From positions 1 through 32,066 of the forward strand of contig JBMFMV010000014.1 in NCBI GenBank assembly GCA_049970495.1: a stretch of 32,066 nucleotides of DNA. Direction: 5' to 3'. Origin of the DNA: a bacterium (GTDB taxonomy: Bacteria > DUMJ01). A model generated the notes under the pieces. It saw only the letters and a program-made list of their open reading frames with translations. It was not told the DNA's origin and did no database searches. A program made the translations under genes and the position numbers. Within the stretch, counting starts at the first letter, position 1, and every line of letters begins with the position of its first letter. This document shows positions 8,091 to 16,761 of this stretch, piece after piece.

Positions 8091-10697
8091 ATGAGAAAAG
8101 TTATAGACCTAAATGGTATATGGGAGTTAAGTCTAGATAAGAGGTTCAATCCAACTCAGACCTATTTTATAGAAGTTCCCAATTGTATAGGTAATCAGAT
8201 TCCTGCTCTAAGAGATTATAGGGGAGTAGTCTGGTATAGAAAGGAGTTTGAAATTGATAAAGATAAAGATAGCAGATATTTACTGTATTTCGGGGCAGTT
8301 AATTATTATGCCGAGGTTTGGCTTAATGATACTTTGGTAGGGAATCATGAAGGAGGCTATACCCCGTTTATTTTTGATGTAAGCTCAGTCATAAAACCTA
8401 AGAGTAGACTCTTAGTAAAAGTGATAATACCAGGTGAAGCTGATCCTAACTATCCTTTTTCTGAAATTCCACATGGTAAGCAGGAAACTCAATGGTATGG
8501 TATGGCTGGAGGTATATGGCAAGAGGTGAAATTAATACAGACAGGATTAAACTATGTAAAGAGTATCAAGATAACCCCAGATGTGGATAACAGTAAAGTT
8601 CGTATTACATTAACTACTGAGATAGACAAGGAAGATACTTATAGACTCTATATGACTATTATTGATCCAAAAGGAAAAGAGATAAGTGGGATAGAGACCC
8701 CTCTAAAAAAGGAAAATCTAGTGGAGTTAGATATAAAAGATCCTATCCTATGGGATGTAGATAATCCTAATCTATACACCCTAAAGGTTGGTATAAGGGA
8801 TAAGAATAAAGTTTATGATGAACTTGAAGAGACTTTTGGGATGAGAAAAGTAGAGATAAAAGATGAGAATATCCTTTTAAATAATAGACCAGTTTATCTT
8901 ATAGGAGCGTTAGACCAGGACTTCTATCCATTCACTCACTACAATCCGCCAAGCGAAGAATTTGTCAGAGACCAGCTTATACTTGCTAAAGAGATGGGAC
9001 TTAACTGTCTTAGATACCATATAAAAGTTCCTCATCCTTGGTATCTAAAATGGACTGACAGATTAGGTATATTAGTATGGTATGACCTTCCTAATTGGAA
9101 TAGGTCTACCTTGGCCTCCAGGTCAAGAGGAGAAAAACTTTTAGAAGAGATGATTGAATATGATTTCAATCATCCTTCAGTGATAATAAGGACAATAATA
9201 AATGAAAATTGGGGCTTAGATTTAGTTAATAGTGGAGAAGATAGAGAATGGCTTAAAAGGACTTATGAGTGGTTTAAGAAAAAAGACCCAACGAGAATAG
9301 TAGTAGATAACTCTGCCTGTTTCCCTAATTTTCATGTTAAAACAGATATCGAAGATTTCCATAACTATTTTGCTTTCCCTGATAAATTCAAAGAAATGCA
9401 GAAATGGGTTGCCGATTTTTCTAAACATCCATCATGGACATTTGCTCCGGATGGTGAAAGAAGAGGGGATGAACCTCTAGTAGTTTCCGAGTTTGGTAAC
9501 TGGGGATTGCCCAATATTACAAAGCTGAGGGCTCAGTATGGAGGAGACCCATGGTGGTTCCAGCAGAGAGATACCACTACTGCCACAAAACCTCTAGGGG
9601 TTGAAGAAAGATTTTGGCAGTATGGATTAGATAAAGTCTTTGATACTATAGAAAACTTGAGCGAAACCTTTCAGGAGCTTCAGCATCAAGCGTTGAGATT
9701 TCAGATAGAGGAGATAAGAAAACATCCAGATATTAAAGGCTATATTATTACAGAGTTTACAGACCTATACTGGGAATGTAATGGTCTATTGGATATAACA
9801 AGAGGAAAGAAGAGCTATTTTAATGACTTAAAGAATATAAATAGCCTAGACTTAGTCTTTCCTAAAGAAAGACCTACTGGAGTTTGGAGTGGAGAAAATA
9901 TAAGTATACCTATACTTTTTTCTCATCTATCTAATGAGGACTTAGATAATGTTAAGATTGTATGGGGTATAGAAGGTACAGAATTAAAGGAAGGTATAAC
10001 TTTAGCTCAAATACCGTATGGACTAACTGAAGTAGGTAACATTGAATTTCAAGCTCCAGTAATTTCTGAGCCTAAAACTTTTAAAATTACTTTAAGAGCC
10101 ACCTCTAGAAATAGGATAATAAATGAGAATACTATTCCAATATTTGTGGTTCCTAAAAATTTAATTAAACTGGGGATAGGGGTTTTAGATAATGCGCTTA
10201 GAAAACCCCTCGAAGATGCTGGTATTATTCCCTGTGAAATTACAGAAACTAATATCATTTATGCCTCATCCTTTAGTGAGGAGTTAGAAAGATTAGCCAA
10301 AGATGGTAAGACGGTTATCCTTGAGCTTTCTGGTGATACCAAGTTTTCTAGATTCGGTTATGTTTTAGAAAGACGTAAGGGTATTACTGAGGCAAGATGG
10401 GTGGGCGGATTAGGTATATTTAATCCAAAGATAGGAGGAAGGACCTTTAAAGAAAAGATAATGGACTATAGATTTATTAATGACTCACCTATTAACTATC
10501 TTTATGGAGAATTTAACTTTAGTTCAAGAACTCTGGTGGGAATGATTATTGGTTGGCTCTATTATCCTATGAATTTTATGGTAGATATCCCGTTAGGAAA
10601 TGGTAGTATCATCCTCCATACCTTCCCCATTATAGATAGACTCTCTAGCTCTCCAGTAATGAGGGCGTTACTAGGTCAGATGGTAGGAGGGAGGTGA
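8091..10697 (+). CDS. Glycoside hydrolase family 2, copy a (no signal peptide, cytoplasmic)
   Basis: DLNGIW, FGAVNYYAEVWLN, HEGGYTPF, FGMRKV, INENWG (acid/base), VSEFG (nucleophile). Confidence 0.9.
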   Translation: MRKVIDLNGIWELSLDKRFNPTQTYFIEVPNCIGNQIPALRDYRGVVWYRKEFEIDKDKDSRYLLYFGAVNYYAEVWLNDTLVGNHEGGYTPFIFDVSSVIKPKSRLLVKVIIPGEADPNYPFSEIPHGKQETQWYGMAGGIWQEVKLIQTGLNYVKSIKITPDVDNSKVRITLTTEIDKEDTYRLYMTIIDPKGKEISGIETPLKKENLVELDIKDPILWDVDNPNLYTLKVGIRDKNKVYDELEETFGMRKVEIKDENILLNNRPVYLIGALDQDFYPFTHYNPPSEEFVRDQLILAKEMGLNCLRYHIKVPHPWYLKWTDRLGILVWYDLPNWNRSTLASRSRGEKLLEEMIEYDFNHPSVIIRTIINENWGLDLVNSGEDREWLKRTYEWFKKKDPTRIVVDNSACFPNFHVKTDIEDFHNYFAFPDKFKEMQKWVADFSKHPSWTFAPDGERRGDEPLVVSEFGNWGLPNITKLRAQYGGDPWWFQQRDTTTATKPLGVEERFWQYGLDKVFDTIENLSETFQELQHQALRFQIEEIRKHPDIKGYIITEFTDLYWECNGLLDITRGKKSYFNDLKNINSLDLVFPKERPTGVWSGENISIPILFSHLSNEDLDNVKIVWGIEGTELKEGITLAQIPYGLTEVGNIEFQAPVISEPKTFKITLRATSRNRIINENTIPIFVVPKNLIKLGIGVLDNALRKPLEDAGIIPCEITETNIIYASSFSEELERLAKDGKTVILELSGDTKFSRFGYVLERRKGITEARWVGGLGIFNPKIGGRTFKEKIMDYRFINDSPINYLYGEFNFSSRTLVGMIIGWLYYPMNFMVDIPLGNGSIILHTFPIIDRLSSSPVMRALLGQMVGGR
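8946..9085 (+). repeat. 140 bp near-identical direct repeat, copy 1 (copy 2 at 14871-15010)
   Basis: Manual alignment shows 5 mismatches in 140 nt, all at synonymous positions. Confidence 0.85.
9690..9907 (+). repeat. 218 bp perfect direct repeat, copy 1 (copy 2 at 15612-15829)
   Basis: Block-by-block comparison from GCGTTGAGATTTCAG to GAAAATATAAGTAT finds no mismatch. Confidence 0.93.
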
Positions 10698-10816
10698 GAA
10701 TTTAGAGAATATTTTGAGCTTATCTTAAATTAATTTAGTTTAAGGGGAGTAGATAAAGGTAGTGAGAAGTCTAGAGTATCAGAGTTTATAAAATCCAGGA
10801 AAAGGAGGTTATTAAA

Positions 10817-12073
10817 ATGAAGAGAATTTTGAGTGTGTTATTAGTAGGTCTTTTAAGTATATTGCCTATGACAGTGTATGGTAAAACTGTTATAGACTTT
10901 TGGAATCTCTTTACTGGACCTGATGGACAAATTATGGAGGGTATGGTAAAGCAGTTTAATGCTTCTCAGAATGAAATTGAAGTTAGGATGCAGATATTGC
11001 CCTGGGGTGATCCTTACTATAATAAATTGCTTCTTTCTATACAAACTGGAACAGCTCCTGATGTAGCAATATGCCATGACTGGAACCTCCCAATATTTGC
11101 AAAGTATGGTAGACTTTTCCCCATGAGCCCTAAGACTCTAGAAAAGGGTGGAGTTACTAAGGGAGATTTTATGGAATATCCCCTCACTGCTGGTAAATAT
11201 AAAGGTGTAACATATGGTCTTCCTCTTGATGTCCATCCATATGCTTTATACTATAATGTAGATCATCTTAAAGCTGCGGGGATTGATCCTAATAAGGTAA
11301 TACTAAGTAAGGATAATCTTATAGATGCTGCAAAGAAATTACTGATAAAGGATGATAAGGGACAAGTAGTTCGATGGGGATTTATGCCGACTATGCATGG
11401 AAGTATATGGCGTGAATGGTATACTCTTCTCCATCAGTTTGGGGGAACATATCTAACAAAAGATCAGACTAAGGCAACATTTAATTCTGAAGCAGGTATA
11501 AAAGCTTTACAGTTCTTTGTTGATTTACAGAGCGAAGGCCTTATTCCTCCAACCATGACAGATGCAGGAACTCCATTTAGAACTGGTAAGTGTTCTATGA
11601 CTATAGCTGGGACCTGGATGATTCCGGGATTTGATGAACAGAAAGATTTAAACTATATGACTATTCCTTTCCCTAAGATTGGTGCTAAGATGGCAGCATG
11701 GTCTGCTTCTCACCTGTTGGTGTTACCAAAGAAAAAGTCTAGGGATAAATTAGAAGCAGCAACTAAGTTTATAGAATGGCTTACAGCTAATCAGATTGAG
11801 TGGTCTTCAAAAGCTGGACATTGTCCAACGAGAAAATCTGTCATAAATAGCGACGCTTTTAAAAAGTTAACTAAACAACAAGCTTTTGTTGCAGAGTTAA
11901 ATTATCTAGTATGGCAGCCCCATGTGGAGCAAGCTATGTCTATAGAGAGTAGATCTGGCCAAGAACTAAATGCTGTATATAACAAGCAGAAGACTGTAAC
12001 ACAGGCATTGAAAGATCTAGAAACATTTGTTAACGATATTTTAACTAGACCTATAGGAGAAGTTGGTAAATAA
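10817..12073 (+). CDS. Carbohydrate ABC transporter solute-binding protein, copy a (CUT1)
   Basis: Cleavable signal peptide without lipobox; FWNLFTGPDG, TAPDV, YGLPLD, LYYN, GTWM motifs; followed by two permeases. Confidence 0.93.
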   Translation: MKRILSVLLVGLLSILPMTVYGKTVIDFWNLFTGPDGQIMEGMVKQFNASQNEIEVRMQILPWGDPYYNKLLLSIQTGTAPDVAICHDWNLPIFAKYGRLFPMSPKTLEKGGVTKGDFMEYPLTAGKYKGVTYGLPLDVHPYALYYNVDHLKAAGIDPNKVILSKDNLIDAAKKLLIKDDKGQVVRWGFMPTMHGSIWREWYTLLHQFGGTYLTKDQTKATFNSEAGIKALQFFVDLQSEGLIPPTMTDAGTPFRTGKCSMTIAGTWMIPGFDEQKDLNYMTIPFPKIGAKMAAWSASHLLVLPKKKSRDKLEAATKFIEWLTANQIEWSSKAGHCPTRKSVINSDAFKKLTKQQAFVAELNYLVWQPHVEQAMSIESRSGQELNAVYNKQKTVTQALKDLETFVNDILTRPIGEVGK

Positions 12074-12085
12074 GTATATCTATTT

Positions 12086-12121
12086 GAAGGTCAGGGGAGT
12101 AGACATACTTCTCTGACCTTC
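12086..12121 (+). terminator. 16 bp stem-loop after SBPa (mRNA stabiliser or partial terminator)
   Basis: GAAGGTCAGGGGAGTA-GACA-TACTTCTCTGACCTTC with two G-U pairs and no strong U-tract. Such hairpins are typical between SBP and permease genes. Confidence 0.75.
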
Positions 12122-12152
12122 TATAAAAATTTATCTTGGAGGATAGAATAAG

Positions 12153-13052
12153 ATGCATGACAGGAAGCCTTTAAAGATTCTCTCGGATAAGAGTCCGCTA
12201 ATACCATGGTTGTTTTTGTCCCCCTTTTTACTCTTTTTTCTATTCTTTATGGTTTATCCTATGATTCAGGGACTATATATAAGCTTTACTAATTATACAT
12301 TGCTTAGCGAAAGGGTGAATAATGTAGGTTTGAGAAATTATCTGAATCTTCTTAGACCAGGAGACTTATTTTTAGTAAGTTTGGGAAATACATTTAAATA
12401 TGTAGGACTAGCAGTTCCAGTTTTACTTGGAAGCGGATTACTTTTTGCTATAATAGTAAATGCTCCTATTAAGGGCAGAATGTTCTTTAGAACGGCTTTG
12501 TCAGCGCCTTTTGTAATAAATGTGGCTTCTATAGCACTCCTTTGGACATGGATATTAGATAGAGAAATAGGAATGATTAACTATTATTTAATGAATTTAG
12601 GCCTTCCTAAACAGGAATGGATATATCATCCTTTCTCTGCTATGATGGTTATTGTTATGGTGTCTCTCTGGGGTAGGCTGGGTTCAGTCATGTTACCATT
12701 TTTAGCTGGACTGCAGGATATACCTCAAGAATATTATGAGGCTGCTATAATAGATGGTGCTAGTAAGTGGAATTTATTCAGGTATATTACCCTTCCATTA
12801 CTTAAACCTATTTTGTTATTTGTTGGTGTATCCCAATTAGTAGCTGGTTTTCAGATTTTTGGTGAAGTTACGATGATTACTGGAGGAGGTCCAGGCTATT
12901 CCACAAGAGTGGCCATGCAGCATCTTTATGAGGTTGGTTTTTCTTGGTTTAGATTAGGTGAAGCTGCTGCAATGTCTTGGATACTCTTTTTAATAATTAT
13001 GTTCTTTACTATAATTCAGTTTAAATACTTAAGTGGAAGGGTAGAATATTAG
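12153..13052 (+). CDS. Carbohydrate ABC transporter permease (MalF-like)
   Basis: EAA motif LQDIPQEYYEAAIIDGA; ITLPLLKP; TGGGP. Confidence 0.93.
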   Translation: MHDRKPLKILSDKSPLIPWLFLSPFLLFFLFFMVYPMIQGLYISFTNYTLLSERVNNVGLRNYLNLLRPGDLFLVSLGNTFKYVGLAVPVLLGSGLLFAIIVNAPIKGRMFFRTALSAPFVINVASIALLWTWILDREIGMINYYLMNLGLPKQEWIYHPFSAMMVIVMVSLWGRLGSVMLPFLAGLQDIPQEYYEAAIIDGASKWNLFRYITLPLLKPILLFVGVSQLVAGFQIFGEVTMITGGGPGYSTRVAMQHLYEVGFSWFRLGEAAAMSWILFLIIMFFTIIQFKYLSGRVEY

Positions 13053-13064
13053 GAGGGAGCAATT

Positions 13065-13910
13065 ATGGGAAGTGAAATTAAGTATAAAATTCTATATGGC
13101 TTAGGTTTTATATTTCTTATAGCTCTTTCCATCTTATGGCTAGTTCCAATTTTATGGTGTCTTTCTACTTCATTAAAGTTGAACGAGAATACATATAGTT
13201 ATCCTATTACTTGGATTCCTAATCCAGCGACTATAGAAAATTACATTACTGTTCTTACCTCAGGGAGAGGGGCTAATATAGGGGTAGCCTTTATAAATAG
13301 CACTATGGTCTCTGCTATAACCATTTTCTTGACTTTAATAATAGATAGTTTAGCAGCATATCCTTTAGCAAGAATGGAATTTAAGGGTAAATCCATAGTC
13401 TTTGCTATAGTTATAGGAAGTCTTTTTATTCCTATCTATACAGTTTTAGTCCCTAGATTTATGATGTTTTGGAAGCTTTCCTTGTTAAACACTTATTGGT
13501 GTTTAGTTTTTCCAGCATTATCTAGCTCATATGGAGTATTTATGCTCAGACAATTTATGCTTTCTATTCCAAGGGAATTAGAGGAAGCCGCCCTTATTGA
13601 TGGTTGTTCCAGATTTAGAACATTTTGGACGATAGTGTTTCCTCTAACTAGGCCAGCATTAGCTACTTTATCATTATTTACATTCTTATCTTCCTGGAAT
13701 GATTTTCTTTGGCCACTTTTAACACTAAATGATCCAACTAAAATGACCCTCCCAGTAGCTTTACAACTTTTTAGGACTGCTTATGGTAATTGGGAGATGG
13801 GGACAGTTATGGCAGCTGCATTTACAGGGGCAGCTCCAACTTTGGTAGTTTATTTCTTTACTCAGAGAATGATAGTTAAAGGAATGCTTACTAGTGGATT
13901 AAAGGGATAG
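13065..13910 (+). CDS. Carbohydrate ABC transporter permease (MalG-like)
   Basis: AAYPLARMEFKGK; EAA motif IPRELEEAALIDG; WNDFLWPL. Confidence 0.93.
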   Translation: MGSEIKYKILYGLGFIFLIALSILWLVPILWCLSTSLKLNENTYSYPITWIPNPATIENYITVLTSGRGANIGVAFINSTMVSAITIFLTLIIDSLAAYPLARMEFKGKSIVFAIVIGSLFIPIYTVLVPRFMMFWKLSLLNTYWCLVFPALSSSYGVFMLRQFMLSIPRELEEAALIDGCSRFRTFWTIVFPLTRPALATLSLFTFLSSWNDFLWPLLTLNDPTKMTLPVALQLFRTAYGNWEMGTVMAAAFTGAAPTLVVYFFTQRMIVKGMLTSGLKG

Positions 13911-13916
13911 ATAATT

Positions 13917-16622
13917 ATGGTTATATGTAAAAAACTATTTATTATTACTGTTTCTAGTATTCTAATTTTACTAGGGGTGAGTATAGCATTATGTAATACT
14001 GTTATGCCTTCAGATGAGGAAATTAATCCTAGAGAAAGATATGATTTATCAGGGAAATGGGATCTATCTTTAGATAATAAATTCTCCAAAGCTTATAAAG
14101 TTAATGTCCCTGGCTGTATAGGTATAGAGGTGCCAGAATTAAGAGACTATAGAGGGGAATTTTACTACCGAAAGAAGTTTGATATAAAAGAAATCTCTAC
14201 CAACTCAGTCTATTACTTATACTTTGGTCCAGTGAATTATTATTCTGAGGTATGGCTGAATGGGCAATTGATTGGTTCTCATGAAGGAGGTTACACTCCC
14301 TTTAGTTTCGAAATTACAAATAAATTGAAGAATAACAACGAGTTAATAGTAAAGGTATTATTACCTTCAGACAATGACCCAAATTATCCCTTTTCAGAAA
14401 TCCCTCATGGTAAGCAAACTTGGTATGGTACAGCTGGTGGAATCTTGGGAGATGTATTTATAATTAAGGTTTTAAAAGATTACATAAAAAATATCTATAT
14501 AACTTCAGACATTGATAACTCACAGATTAATATAAAAGGAGAGACTTCAGGGGTTAGTAAGGATAAAGTTATTCTTTTTAGGATATACAATCCAACAGGG
14601 CAAAAGATAGGAGAGTATAGATACCCTCTTACAGAAGAAATTAATAGAAACATTCCTATACAAAGCCCTATACTTTGGGATATCGATAATCCGAAACTTT
14701 ATAAATTAGAAGCTTCCATCTTATATAAAGATAAACTAATAGATAAATTCACTAAATATTTCGGTATGAGAAAGATTGAAGTAAAAGATAAAAAGATTTT
14801 TTTAAATAATAAGCCTATCTACCTTATGGGAGCATTAGATCAAGATTTCTATCCAGATACGCATTATATACCGCCAAGCGAAGAATTTGTTAGAGACCAG
14901 CTTATACTTGCTAAGGAGATGGGACTTAACTGTCTTAGATACCATATTAAAGTACCTCACCCTTGGTATCTAAAATGGACTGACAGATTAGGTATATTAG
15001 TATGGTATGATATGCCAAATTGGGATAGATCAACACCAAAAGCAAAAGCTAGAGGAGAAAAATTACTAGAAGAAATGGTGGCTTATGATTATAACCATCC
15101 ATCTGTAATTATAAGAACTATTATAAATGAGAGCTGGGGATTAGATTTACCAGGTAATTATGATGATAGAGAGTGGCTAAAGAATATGTATGACAAACTG
15201 AAAGCTCTTGACTCAACAAGATTAGTAGTAGACAATTCTCCTTGTTGTAATAACTTCCATATAAAAACTGATATAAACGATTTTCACAATTACTTTGCCT
15301 TTCCGGATAGATTTTCAGTTATGAAGTCATGGATTTCTGAATATGCCAAGGGACCCTCTTGGACATTTGGACCTGGCAATAATAGGAGAGGAAATGAGCC
15401 GTTGGTAATTTCTGAGTTTGGGAATTGGGGACTACCAGATTTTTCTAAACTGAAAGCTTACTATAAAGGTAACCCTTGGTGGTTTGCTCAAGGTAATGTT
15501 GATAACGGCACTAGTCCTCTAGGGGTAGAGGAGAGATTTAAAGATTATGGCTTAAACAAGATATTTTCTCCATCTAGCTTTGCTCGAAGTTTTCAGGAGC
15601 TTCAATACCAGGCGTTGAGATTTCAGATAGAGGAGATAAGAAAACATCCAGATATTAAAGGCTATATTATTACAGAGTTTACAGACCTATACTGGGAATG
15701 TAATGGTCTATTGGATATAACAAGAGGAAAGAAGAGCTATTTTAATGACTTAAAGAATATAAATAGCCTAGACTTAGTCTTTCCTAAAGAAAGACCTACT
15801 GGAGTTTGGAGTGGAGAAAATATAAGTATCCCGATATTATTCTCACATCTTTCAAATAAACAATATGACAAAATGACTCTTAAATGGCAATTGATAGGAA
15901 CAGGTATTGCAGATAGTTTAGAAAACATAAAGGTCCATCATGGACTTAATGAGATTGGAGATATTAAATTCAAGATACCTATTGTCAAAGAACCCAAAAA
16001 TCTTACTATTTCTTTGAGACTCATTGCAGATGGTAAACTGATAAGTCAAAATTCTATTGACCTTTTTATCGTTCCTAAAGACCTTATAAAGAATGTAAGC
16101 TTGAAGCTTGCTGGATATGATGAAAAATCAAAAGCCATACTTAAGTCTTTAGGGGTCAAACTTTATGATATAAAAGAAGCCGATATTATATGTTCTAATG
16201 TAGTAGATAAAAATCTAGAAGCCTATATAAAGCAAGGCAAAAAGGCAATAATAGACTCTGCCTATGAGTATATGAGTTTCTCTAATTATATTGCTTTAAG
16301 ACGCTCAGGCTCTCTCGAAGGAAACTGGGTAAATGGTCTTGGTATAATTTCACCTAAATTGGCAGGGAATACATTCCCTCTATTCTTAGACTACAGATTT
16401 ATAGATGATATGCCTAATATATTCCTAGCTGGGGATGTGGATTTTGGAAAATCTACATTAAGTGGAATGATAATAGGTTGGATAACAAACCCTATGAACT
16501 TTATTGTCGAGACTAAAGAAGGGAAGGGAAAGACTATATTAACTACTTTTAAGGTATTCTCTAGCGATAAACTATCCCCCACATTAGTAGCATTATTGTG
16601 GAGGATGTTAAAAATCCTGTAA
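13917..16622 (+). CDS. Glycoside hydrolase family 2, copy b (predicted secreted/periplasmic)
   Basis: Paralog of 8091-10697 with INESWG and ISEFG catalytic motifs. Its extra N-terminus MVICKKLFIITVSSILILLGVSIALC resembles a signal peptide. Confidence 0.9.
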   Translation: MVICKKLFIITVSSILILLGVSIALCNTVMPSDEEINPRERYDLSGKWDLSLDNKFSKAYKVNVPGCIGIEVPELRDYRGEFYYRKKFDIKEISTNSVYYLYFGPVNYYSEVWLNGQLIGSHEGGYTPFSFEITNKLKNNNELIVKVLLPSDNDPNYPFSEIPHGKQTWYGTAGGILGDVFIIKVLKDYIKNIYITSDIDNSQINIKGETSGVSKDKVILFRIYNPTGQKIGEYRYPLTEEINRNIPIQSPILWDIDNPKLYKLEASILYKDKLIDKFTKYFGMRKIEVKDKKIFLNNKPIYLMGALDQDFYPDTHYIPPSEEFVRDQLILAKEMGLNCLRYHIKVPHPWYLKWTDRLGILVWYDMPNWDRSTPKAKARGEKLLEEMVAYDYNHPSVIIRTIINESWGLDLPGNYDDREWLKNMYDKLKALDSTRLVVDNSPCCNNFHIKTDINDFHNYFAFPDRFSVMKSWISEYAKGPSWTFGPGNNRRGNEPLVISEFGNWGLPDFSKLKAYYKGNPWWFAQGNVDNGTSPLGVEERFKDYGLNKIFSPSSFARSFQELQYQALRFQIEEIRKHPDIKGYIITEFTDLYWECNGLLDITRGKKSYFNDLKNINSLDLVFPKERPTGVWSGENISIPILFSHLSNKQYDKMTLKWQLIGTGIADSLENIKVHHGLNEIGDIKFKIPIVKEPKNLTISLRLIADGKLISQNSIDLFIVPKDLIKNVSLKLAGYDEKSKAILKSLGVKLYDIKEADIICSNVVDKNLEAYIKQGKKAIIDSAYEYMSFSNYIALRRSGSLEGNWVNGLGIISPKLAGNTFPLFLDYRFIDDMPNIFLAGDVDFGKSTLSGMIIGWITNPMNFIVETKEGKGKTILTTFKVFSSDKLSPTLVALLWRMLKIL
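14871..15010 (+). repeat. 140 bp near-identical direct repeat, copy 2
   Basis: Matches 8946-9085 with 5 mismatches. Confidence 0.85.
15612..15829 (+). repeat. 218 bp perfect direct repeat, copy 2
   Basis: Identical to 9690-9907. Confidence 0.93.
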
Positions 16623-16761
16623 GTAGAACCTAGTTACGGAGGTGATAATTTGTAAGAGGAGTTATTTTGAAGAAGAATATCTAGTGACTTTAAGGGGGGA
16701 CTGTAGAGAAATGGCAGTCTCGGAATTTATTAAAAACTAGTAAAGAAAGGAGGATCTAAAA

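Noticed and set aside
10817..13910. ABC system lacking an ATPase gene
   Set aside because: Normal for CUT1 transporters, which commonly share an MsmX/MsiK-type ATPase encoded elsewhere.
13917..14000. GH2b as a lipoprotein (Cys after the hydrophobic stretch)
   Set aside because: IALC has Leu at -1, which does not fit the lipobox; a standard signal peptide or membrane anchor is more likely.
8946..15829. GH2 repeats as a diversity-generating retroelement template/variable repeat pair
   Set aside because: No reverse transcriptase in the window; mismatches are synonymous and not adenine-specific; both copies are inside coding genes.
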